Positions 50,279 to 58,398 of a stretch of DNA of 64,000 nucleotides are shown here, piece by piece; position 1 is the stretch's first letter; each line of letters begins with the position of its first letter. The translations under genes were made by a program, and so were the position numbers. The notes beneath the pieces are model-generated. The model saw only the letters and a program-made list of their open reading frames with translations, was not told the origin of the DNA and did not search any database. The DNA comes from Bacteroidota bacterium (GTDB taxonomy: Bacteria > Bacteroidota > Bacteroidia > Bacteroidales > UBA12481): positions 6,058 to 70,057 of the forward strand of contig JABHCC010000032.1 of the NCBI GenBank assembly GCA_018669475.1, given 5' to 3'.

Positions 50279-51386
50279 TAAAAATCAGATCTGCAAGTAC
50301 CACATGTGGTTGCATTATGGCTCCTTCCCAATAATCATTGGCCAATCCCCTCAGCATGCGATTAGACAAGCTGTAGACCTCCTTTTCTTTAAAAGCCCTG
50401 AACATTGAATAGCGAGGATCTTCTATAGTCAAGTCAGATAATTTTCGGGCTGATACATTCAACCAAAAAGGAGCATCATTGAATTCATGCACAACTGCTT
50501 CAAAACCCAATGGAAGGCTTTCCGATTCTTTCTTCTCATACCAGGGATAGAAAAAACCGGCATCCTTTAGGAATTCAGACATATAATTCCCTCCTCCCGG
50601 CATGAACCAGGTCCCTTTGAAACTATTACCAATCAACACTTTCGGATGCTCAATCTGATCTGAAATCTGACCTTTCAATTCGAGATAATCTTCTTCAATG
50701 GATTGAAAAATTGAATCAGCCACAGATTCCATATTCAACAATAATCCAAATACTTTGATCCACTCAGCCCTTCCCAAAGGTGTAGGCTCCAACCATTCCA
50801 TCACATATACTAAATCAATTCCTGTTTGTCGGATTCTGGCATCTTTTGCAAGTTGGCCGGCAAATCCTGTTTGGATGATAATATCAGGTTGCTGGTTCAC
50901 CAAACTTTCATAATTATACTCCATATCTGAGCCAATCCGAATCAGATCTCCTTTTTTGTATTTATCATACAATGCACTGTGATACAACCTATCCGGAGTT
51001 GTACATCCGATAACTCGTTCAGCTTCACCAAAAGCGTCTAAATAAGCTACATGAGTGGTGGAAAAAATGGCCCATCTGGCAGGATTGGCACGTAAAATTT
51101 TCTCTTTATCAAGATGGTCCGGAATCGCAACATCTGGCTTAAGCACCTGATAAACGGCGAAGGTGTCGCGTTGATTCCATGGGTCAAGAATACTAAGCTC
51201 TGTATATCCCTCTTCCTCCCGGATGACGAAACCACGGGCATATTTCTCTGATCCGGAAATACTCCGGCCCGTATTCATGGACTGCTTATGATCATTACGA
51301 TCAACTTTAGATGACTTAGATGGAGAACATCCCGACCAAGTCAGTAAAAAAATAATCCAAAACAGACCTGCAAATAGCTTTTTCAT
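50220..51386 (-). CDS. Periplasmic substrate-binding lipoprotein (BtuF/cluster-A-like) of the ABC importer
   Basis: Lipoprotein signal LLTWSGCS. Class III PBP-like. It is the first gene of the operon and sits directly downstream of the riboswitch. Confidence 0.7.
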   Translation of the reverse strand: MKKLFAGLFWIIFLLTWSGCSPSKSSKVDRNDHKQSMNTGRSISGSEKYARGFVIREEEGYTELSILDPWNQRDTFAVYQVLKPDVAIPDHLDKEKILRANPARWAIFSTTHVAYLDAFGEAERVIGCTTPDRLYHSALYDKYKKGDLIRIGSDMEYNYESLVNQQPDIIIQTGFAGQLAKDARIRQTGIDLVYVMEWLEPTPLGRAEWIKVFGLLLNMESVADSIFQSIEEDYLELKGQISDQIEHPKVLIGNSFKGTWFMPGGGNYMSEFLKDAGFFYPWYEKKESESLPLGFEAVVHEFNDAPFWLNVSARKLSDLTIEDPRYSMFRAFKEKEVYSLSNRMLRGLANDYWEGAIMQPHVVLADLIFIAHPEVLPNHKLVYYKKLQ

Positions 51387-51419
51387 TTTTTGCTGTCATT
51401 GGATTCAGGGGTATTTCAG

Positions 51420-51665
51420 GGGATCGTTTAATAACGACTCCATGGGTTTCGCCCCGAAAACCATGTATCAATATATTCGCGGCAGGTCTTCTGGCTTTCC
51501 CGATCGCATCCTCCTTCCCGCCCCGATCAACGATGGCAGTGGTCAGACTGGACACGACACTATCCCTAAAAATTGGGATCGGAATTACAGCTGCGGGGGC
51601 AGCTCCGGACTTTCAAAACAATTGAGCACCGGATTCCCTATTAAGCATTGCACCGACAAGAAAAC
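51420..51665 (-). ncRNA. Cobalamin (B12) riboswitch
   Basis: Minus-strand sequence shows AATAGGGAA..GGTGCTCAA..TCCGGAGCTGCCCCCGCAGCTGTAA and a B12-box-like GACCACTGCC, matching conserved cobalamin riboswitch elements. It is immediately upstream of the btuF-like gene. Confidence 0.75.
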
Positions 51666-51766
51666 AAAGATAAATAAAACAAGAAGACAAAAAACTGTTT
51701 AAAATAATTCTAAATAAGCAAAATTCATTGTTTCTTTGCAAATCAAAACCCAGAGATAGATAAAAC

Positions 51767-54139
51767 ATGACCCTGGCAGAACTAAAAACGGGTGAAAAGG
51801 CTGTAATCTCCAAGATCAAAGGACGAGGAACGTTCAGAAAGAGGATCATGGAAATGGGCTTTGTCAAGGGCAAAGTGGTCAGAGTGGTGAAATCGGCACC
51901 CCTTAAAGACCCTATTGAATATCAGATATTAAACTACAATATTTCTCTTAGAAGAGCAGAAGCTGCTTTGGTTGAGGTAGTGCGTTTGGATACAATTCAT
52001 GAGAAAGAATTTAAAACCACAGAAGACGAACCCAGACAAATCAGCGAAAAAATCAGGCAGCAATTGAAAGAAAGGGGCCAGCATATTGAAGTTGCTCTTG
52101 TAGGCAATCCCAATTCAGGTAAAACCTCGATTTTCAATATAGCCAGCCACTCCCGTGAGCATGTCGGCAATTATGCTGGTGTTACTGTTGATTCAAAGAA
52201 AGCTAATTTCAAGCAAAACGAGTATAACTTTCAGCTCACTGACCTGCCTGGAACATACTCGATCACAGCTTACAGTCCTGAAGAGCTCTATGTCAGAAAA
52301 TACTTAATGAATGAGTATCCTGATGTTGTACTTAATGTGATTGACGCTTCAAATCTGGAAAGGAATCTCTTTCTCACTTCGCAGTTGATCGACATGGACC
52401 AGAAAGTGGTTATTGCACTCAACATGTACGATGAGCTGGAAAAAAGAGGAGATACTTTCGACTATGGCCATTTGGGTAAAATGTTCGGAATACCGATTAT
52501 TCCTACTGTGGCTCGCAATGGTGAGGGCATTGAGGAGCTTTTTGACACTGTTATTGCACAATTTGAGGATGAAGAACCGATAACACGTCATGTTCACATT
52601 AATTACGGAAAAGAAGTAGAACGGTCAATCAGCAGGCTTCAGACTCAAATTCGGGGAACAGGCTTCAGTTACGCATTAAGCTCTCGTTTTTTTGCTACAA
52701 AACTCCTGGAGAAAGACCAGGACATAAGCGAATATATTCAGTCTTTCAATCCTGAAGGGAGTATTCAGGAACTTGCTGACAAGGAAATCCGAAGGTTAGA
52801 AAATCTTCTTAGTGACGATACCGAAGAATTAATTGCTGATGCCCGATTTGGTTTTATTTCTGGTGCTCTGAAAGAGACATTGAAAGAAAAGCAAGACGAA
52901 GTGGAAGAAGAATCGACTCCGACGGCACGCCTGGATCGTATTCTAACAAATAAATGGCTTGGATTCCCCTTGTTTCTGCTTTTTCTCTGGCTTATGTTTC
53001 AAACCACCTTCAGCGTAGGACAATTTCCTGTAAGCTGGATTGAGTCAGGCGTTTCATTGCTATCAACATTATTCACTCAATTGCTGCCAAGTGGGATTTT
53101 TCAGGATCTTGTGGTTGATGGAATAATTGGAGGAGTTGGAGGTGTTATCATATTCCTGCCTAATATCCTCATTTTGTTTCTATTCATTTCTTTCATGGAA
53201 GACACAGGATACATGGCTCGTGTTGCCTTTATTATGGATAAGCTCATGCACATGATCGGTCTTCATGGAAAATCATTTATCCCACTGATAATGGGTTTTG
53301 GTTGTAATGTTCCGGCAATTATGGCTACCCGTACACTTGAAAACAAACGTGACCGCTTACTAACTATGTTGATTATCCCGCTGATGTCATGCAGTGCCCG
53401 CCTGCCTGTATATATTCTTATTGCAGGAGCAATCTTTCCCGGTCAGGCTGGAAACATAATCTTCGGATTATACATGACAGGTATTCTGTTGTCTGTACTT
53501 GTCGCCTTGGTTCTTAAAAATACACTTTTCCGTAAGCAGGAATCACCTTTTGTGATGGAATTACCTCCCTACAGAGTACCCACTGCACAAGCTATATTCA
53601 AGCATATGTGGTTTAAGGGTCAGATTTATTTGAAAAAAATGGGAGGGCTGATCCTGATTGCTTCAATAATAATTTGGGCATTAGGTTATTTTCCACGAGT
53701 TGAAGGAAACAAAACTGAACAATTAGAGAACTCCTATATTGGGAAAATTGGCAAAACCGTTGAGCCAGTGATTAAGCCTCTGGGGTTTGACTGGAAAATG
53801 GGTATTGCCCTGATAACAGGTACAGTTGCCAAAGAGGTAGTTGTCAGCACGCTGGGAGTATTATATCAGGATGATGAAGCCTCAGACAATCTACCCGACA
53901 AAATCCGTACAGACGTTTACCAGACCGGGCCACGCAAAGGTCAAACTGTATACACGCCACATGCAACCCTTGCATTCCTTTTGTTTGTTTTGATTTATGT
54001 CCCTTGTATAGCTGTACTCGCGGTTATCAGAAAAGAATCAGGTGGTTGGAAATGGGCGATTTTCATGGCTGTTTACACTACAGCCCTTGCCTGGATTATA
54101 GCTTTTGGGGTATTCCAGATTGGCTCACTTTTGGCCTGA
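51767..54139 (+). CDS. feoB: Ferrous iron transporter, FeoA-FeoB fusion
   Basis: N-terminal FeoA SH3-like segment (GEKAVISKI...GFVKGKVVRV), G-domain VALVGNPNSGKTSIFN/DLPG and a polytopic C-terminal permease. Confidence 0.9.
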   Translation: MTLAELKTGEKAVISKIKGRGTFRKRIMEMGFVKGKVVRVVKSAPLKDPIEYQILNYNISLRRAEAALVEVVRLDTIHEKEFKTTEDEPRQISEKIRQQLKERGQHIEVALVGNPNSGKTSIFNIASHSREHVGNYAGVTVDSKKANFKQNEYNFQLTDLPGTYSITAYSPEELYVRKYLMNEYPDVVLNVIDASNLERNLFLTSQLIDMDQKVVIALNMYDELEKRGDTFDYGHLGKMFGIPIIPTVARNGEGIEELFDTVIAQFEDEEPITRHVHINYGKEVERSISRLQTQIRGTGFSYALSSRFFATKLLEKDQDISEYIQSFNPEGSIQELADKEIRRLENLLSDDTEELIADARFGFISGALKETLKEKQDEVEEESTPTARLDRILTNKWLGFPLFLLFLWLMFQTTFSVGQFPVSWIESGVSLLSTLFTQLLPSGIFQDLVVDGIIGGVGGVIIFLPNILILFLFISFMEDTGYMARVAFIMDKLMHMIGLHGKSFIPLIMGFGCNVPAIMATRTLENKRDRLLTMLIIPLMSCSARLPVYILIAGAIFPGQAGNIIFGLYMTGILLSVLVALVLKNTLFRKQESPFVMELPPYRVPTAQAIFKHMWFKGQIYLKKMGGLILIASIIIWALGYFPRVEGNKTEQLENSYIGKIGKTVEPVIKPLGFDWKMGIALITGTVAKEVVVSTLGVLYQDDEASDNLPDKIRTDVYQTGPRKGQTVYTPHATLAFLLFVLIYVPCIAVLAVIRKESGGWKWAIFMAVYTTALAWIIAFGVFQIGSLLA

Positions 54140-54235
54140 TCAGAAAACCTTGGTCCTTTATTCAAAAAAAAACTTCCTTTTTTTTCCATTCCAGGCCATT
54201 GATTGCATCTATACCTATAAACCAATGGTACTAGC

Positions 54236-54523
54236 ATGAATAATCTGGAAAAAAGTTTTAAACCAAAAAGCAAAACCCTGATCTTTCCTTTTGAAGAAAA
54301 ACATCTGATCATTCCTGTTCCTGATAATCTGGCAAACTTCCAGGAAGTGTATGCCGTCAATGAATCAGGCCTGGAATTATGGATGCACCTTTGCGATGGG
54401 AAAACTCCGGCAGATATCTTCAGAGAATGGAATCAGCAGTATGCAATCCCGGAGATTGAGCTGCTTAACTCAATACTGATTTTTTTAAGAAATCTAAGCA
54501 CTTTACTTGATGTCAATGAATAG
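54236..54523 (+). CDS. PqqD-family protein (RiPP recognition element-like peptide chaperone)
   Basis: 95 aa. EVYAVNESGLELWMHLCDGKTPADIF...LLNSILIFLRNLSTLLDV matches the PqqD pattern (vyilN.tg..iW.l.dG.rt..ei...l...y.......dv..fl..L). Confidence 0.65.
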   Translation: MNNLEKSFKPKSKTLIFPFEEKHLIIPVPDNLANFQEVYAVNESGLELWMHLCDGKTPADIFREWNQQYAIPEIELLNSILIFLRNLSTLLDVNE

Positions 54524-55511
54524 CCAGATACCTCCAGTATTTCTGGATCTGTGCGGTATCAAAATATCTATTGCATATGATTGTCCCCAAGGAATTTGTG
54601 TTGAAAGCAGATATCGTAATTTCATCCAAGCAATAGTAAAAGAGCCTGATTATGTAATACGGATTTGTTCAGAGCTTCCGGCAACAAAAAGCCAGCCATT
54701 GAAGCTCATCCGGGTGCCATTGATTGTAACATCAGCATCCGGCCGGTGGATCTCAACAAACCAACATTATCAAATCACTATATTCGAGGGATTCACTCAA
54801 TTTGATATCCCATTCAGGGATCAAATAAGCCCAATCAGGATGCGGGTGAGTAATAATCCTGATGAGAAATGCATTCTGGCCACAACAGCTGAGGGAAGCA
54901 AATTTCCGATCCTACCCTATCCTCTCGATATCTTATTGTTATATCATCTGGGACAATGGTTTGACTTGCTGATATTTCATGGCGCAGGATTCAGTCTGAA
55001 CGACCGTGGCTTTTTATGCCTTGGGAGATCCGGAGCAGGGAAAAGCACCCTTTCCGGTATTGTTGAGGACTTTGCTGGCAAACTGATCCAGGATGATCGG
55101 GTTATTTTGCAAAAAACTGGTGAGGGATGGCTTATTCATCCTTTACCCCTTCATCCTGACAATAGGCCGGTACATTGCAATCTGGATGCAATCTATTGTC
55201 TGTTCCACGGACAATCCACCAACCGGGAGATTCCTTTATATGGAGAAAGCAAATTGAAAAATTCACTCCCTCATCTGGTACAATTTCCCTCATGGCAAAA
55301 TCCTTTTGTCAATAGTCTTCATCTGGTTCAGCTCTTAATGAAACAAATAAGTCTGTCTGAACTTTTCTTTATCCCGAATCATAGTATAATTGAATATCTG
55401 AAACATGTCAAAGCTAGAAGCAAATCTCATTTTATTCCTCTTACAAAACCGTTGCCGGGTGAAATCCAGAGCGATTGGAATCAGCATGGTTCCTCAAATA
55501 TTCCCCGGTGA
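54507..55511 (+). CDS. HPr kinase/phosphorylase C-terminal-domain-like kinase (HprK-related)
   Basis: HGAGFSLNDRGFLCLGRSGAGKSTLSGIV...DDRVIL resembles the HprK P-loop kinase domain. Confidence 0.55.
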   Translation: MMSMNSQIPPVFLDLCGIKISIAYDCPQGICVESRYRNFIQAIVKEPDYVIRICSELPATKSQPLKLIRVPLIVTSASGRWISTNQHYQITIFEGFTQFDIPFRDQISPIRMRVSNNPDEKCILATTAEGSKFPILPYPLDILLLYHLGQWFDLLIFHGAGFSLNDRGFLCLGRSGAGKSTLSGIVEDFAGKLIQDDRVILQKTGEGWLIHPLPLHPDNRPVHCNLDAIYCLFHGQSTNREIPLYGESKLKNSLPHLVQFPSWQNPFVNSLHLVQLLMKQISLSELFFIPNHSIIEYLKHVKARSKSHFIPLTKPLPGEIQSDWNQHGSSNIPR

Positions 55512-55791
55512 TTCAATCACTCTTGAGCCTGCTCTTTCTGAACCAGAGCCCGGAGATATTCTTGTATACAAAGCACTGGACAAGTTGGTTGTTCACCGAC
55601 TACTTACCTTAAAAGGAAAGCAAAATGAGATCCTGATACTTAAGGGAGATAACAATCCTCTTGCGGATTCTCCAGTGTGTAAAGACAGAATAATCGGCAG
55701 AGTTACAGATATCAAACCGGGTATCCGAAGAGCCATTTACCTCTTAATCAGTCCGGCACTCAGGAGATTTCAAAAGCTTTTATCCAGGTGA
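55405..55791 (+). CDS. Signal peptidase I-like protein of the S26B (archaeal/eukaryal Sec11-type, Ser-His) kind
   Basis: GISMVP (Ser nucleophile box), a second GD box (PGDILVY), LVVHRLL (His box, as in Sec11/SPC18 rather than bacterial SPase K) and GDNN. 128 aa. The tracked ORF overlaps the HprK-like gene by 107 bp. Confidence 0.5.
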   Translation: MSKLEANLILFLLQNRCRVKSRAIGISMVPQIFPGDSITLEPALSEPEPGDILVYKALDKLVVHRLLTLKGKQNEILILKGDNNPLADSPVCKDRIIGRVTDIKPGIRRAIYLLISPALRRFQKLLSR

Positions 55792-57257
55792 TTAGTAGAA
55801 AAAGTGTAATCCTGATATTAGCACTAAGCGCTTTGGCTCTCATTGCCGGATTTGAGAGCGCTATTTTTACCAGATTCCTTTACCAATCAGAATTCAATTA
55901 TTTCCACCTAATTCTATTTGCAGGTATATGCCGAGTTTCAAACTGGAGTATCAGACCGATATCTCTGATAGCTGATCAGATCATTGAAAGGGACAGCTAC
56001 AGGAACTTATTTAACAGATGTACAAATTGGTCACTCAAAGCTATTCGCCAAGCTGTATTCCATGCCGACGTGGCAAAATTAATTGAGCAAAATGAAAAAA
56101 TCAGATATATCATTATCGGTAAAATCATCCCCGGTGTTTCAGCCATGACGGTGGCAATCAGTCTTTTTTTTATACTGAGCATATATCAGCCCTTGCATCT
56201 GCCCCTTATCTTAATTTTAGTAGTGCTTGAAATCGTGAGCCAAAGTATACAGGTAAAATGCAAGCATAAGAATGATTTAGAAATCATTGAATCAGAAAGA
56301 AAATTCCATTATTTGAAACAGCAATTGTTCTCTCCAATTATCCTCAGAGAACATCGTATTTGTCGAAGTATTCCAGCAATTATTGAAAAAAGCATTTACC
56401 AGCTTTCGAACAATCAAAGGACGAAAAGAAAGCATTACGGTCAGATACAGATGATTAAATCACTAATCAGATGTGCTCAGGTAATATGCCTGATATTCTG
56501 TATTAATGCTCTTGATTTGCTTCCAATCAATTCTCATGAGTCAGGTTTTAGTCCGGCCTCTTTGGGCTCTCTGTTTGCTGCCTTCAAACTGATTAGATCA
56601 GGATCACAATTGGGTAGCCTGCCGGCGATTCTTTTGGAAATTCGTTTGTGTAATATCACTATAAAAACCTTTGATCAAAATTGGGATACTTCAGAGAATC
56701 ATAGTTTATGCTTGAACACGACCCTGCCATCCAACATTGACACCAACAAAGGAATAACAGCTGTTACAGGTCCGAATGGATCAGGAAAATCCACCCTTTT
56801 ATTGGACCTGGCAGAAAGATTTTCAAATGATCCTGCAAAAAAGTCCACAGGAATTTTATTTCAGAATTTTGCTTTGCTTCAAGCAAGCATTGTAAACAAT
56901 ATTGTGCTTTACAAAAGCTGTGATATTCGTCATGATGATATTGACCGGGCCTTGCACGCTTCGGGATTCAAAGAGATTATGACAAAATATTGCTGGAATC
57001 TGGATACCGAGATCGGTGAAGAAATTGGCAGGGGACGTGGAATCAGTCTTGGTGAGTGGCAAAAGTTGGCCCTGGCACGTGCCCTGTATCATGGACAAGA
57101 TTATCTGATACTTGATGAGCCCGATGCACATCTGGATACTGCCTCAAAAAAATTATTCGAGAATGAAATTAGTAGGCTAAAAATGAAATCCAGGCTAATA
57201 ATTGCCTCACACTCAGAACAACTAATTAAAAAAGCAGACTATGTTATCCGAATTTGA
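55788..57257 (+). CDS. ABC exporter (fused N-terminal 6-TM domain and C-terminal ATPase)
   Basis: TM helices followed by Walker A GPNGSGKST, a degenerate signature (ISLGEWQ) and Walker B LILDEPDAHLD. Confidence 0.8.
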   Translation: MISRKSVILILALSALALIAGFESAIFTRFLYQSEFNYFHLILFAGICRVSNWSIRPISLIADQIIERDSYRNLFNRCTNWSLKAIRQAVFHADVAKLIEQNEKIRYIIIGKIIPGVSAMTVAISLFFILSIYQPLHLPLILILVVLEIVSQSIQVKCKHKNDLEIIESERKFHYLKQQLFSPIILREHRICRSIPAIIEKSIYQLSNNQRTKRKHYGQIQMIKSLIRCAQVICLIFCINALDLLPINSHESGFSPASLGSLFAAFKLIRSGSQLGSLPAILLEIRLCNITIKTFDQNWDTSENHSLCLNTTLPSNIDTNKGITAVTGPNGSGKSTLLLDLAERFSNDPAKKSTGILFQNFALLQASIVNNIVLYKSCDIRHDDIDRALHASGFKEIMTKYCWNLDTEIGEEIGRGRGISLGEWQKLALARALYHGQDYLILDEPDAHLDTASKKLFENEISRLKMKSRLIIASHSEQLIKKADYVIRI

Positions 57258-58383
57258 AATTAGTAATATTGCTCTTTTTCACCAGAATTGCTGTAATGCT
57301 GTTAATTACGAACATGATATGTTCGATCACAATAAGTGGAACAGTTTTATAGATAAAGCCACTAAGAATGGTATCAGCAGTCAAATATATATGTGGCTTA
57401 GAAGGAATAAGCAAGCAGAAGGCCTTACTATGTCAAACCAGAAGCACCTTCAATCACTCAGTATTTTAGCCTCAACGAGAAATCAACAATTACTGTCAGA
57501 GTATCAGACTATTACACAAGAACTCCAAAAAAATTCAATTCCTTTTAGTCCCCTGAAAGGGATATGGCTGCTGGAAAATCTCTATCCATCCAATTATCCA
57601 AGATTGACAAGTGATATGGATATATTAGTTCATCCTGAGGACATTCAAAAAGTATCAGAGCTAAGCAGGGAAATGGGATATAAACAGGATCCTCTCAGGT
57701 CACGTTTTGATTCAAAGATTAGTTCTCCTCCAGGGCATCATATACCAGCTCTCAGAAAAAACAGCATCAGCATAGAATGGCATTTTAAACCTTATTCAAC
57801 TGCTTCGTCTGAAATTTGCAGAGAGTTACTGGAGACTCCTGGTCCAGAGGTACATTTCTATGTTATGGCCAAACACCTTCAGCGTCACTATCAGGCAGGA
57901 TTTGGTCAACTAAAATGGCTATTCGATCTCATTTTGTTAAGTTCTCAATTACCCCTTGACAAATTCCTTAATTGGATGACCAGGGTTCCCGAAATTGAAA
58001 ATCCTATACAGATAAGAGAATTTGCTATGATACTTTTTCCTTTGAGTCATCAAACAGATATTCGTAATAGTATCGCACTCATTGATACGGCTTTGGACCG
58101 CTTTCTGAATAACTACAATAACAACAATAATCATCATAATAATCACAATACCAGAGTAATACCAAGAATAATTCCGGCCCAACTCAGATTGAATGAAAAG
58201 TACTGGTGGGTATTGGCTACCCTCTTTCCAACTCCTGAATATATGCGCTTCTATCGGTCGAACGATGAAGGTAAAGCCTTGCTTATTCTGTATCTGAACA
58301 GATGGTTCAGACTAGTGTGTAAAGCTGCAAGCATCTGTATAACAAGCATCAAAGCTAAGTCAAGGTTAAAAGATGGAAATTAA
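57241..58383 (+). CDS. Uncharacterised nucleotidyltransferase-family protein (PF14907-like)
   Basis: About 380 aa. A pol-beta-like NTase core (SPLKGIWLLENLY...SDMDILV) and a poly-Asn/His low-complexity insert (NNYNNNNNHHNNHN). It overlaps the ABC gene by 17 bp. Confidence 0.45.
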   Translation: MLSEFEISNIALFHQNCCNAVNYEHDMFDHNKWNSFIDKATKNGISSQIYMWLRRNKQAEGLTMSNQKHLQSLSILASTRNQQLLSEYQTITQELQKNSIPFSPLKGIWLLENLYPSNYPRLTSDMDILVHPEDIQKVSELSREMGYKQDPLRSRFDSKISSPPGHHIPALRKNSISIEWHFKPYSTASSEICRELLETPGPEVHFYVMAKHLQRHYQAGFGQLKWLFDLILLSSQLPLDKFLNWMTRVPEIENPIQIREFAMILFPLSHQTDIRNSIALIDTALDRFLNNYNNNNNHHNNHNTRVIPRIIPAQLRLNEKYWWVLATLFPTPEYMRFYRSNDEGKALLILYLNRWFRLVCKAASICITSIKAKSRLKDGN

Positions 58384-58398
58384 GTATTTTTACGCCAA

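Noticed and set aside
51316-51873. Three small ORFs overlapping 51316-51873 (both strands)
   Set aside because: They overlap the cobalamin riboswitch and 5' leader and have no protein-like composition.
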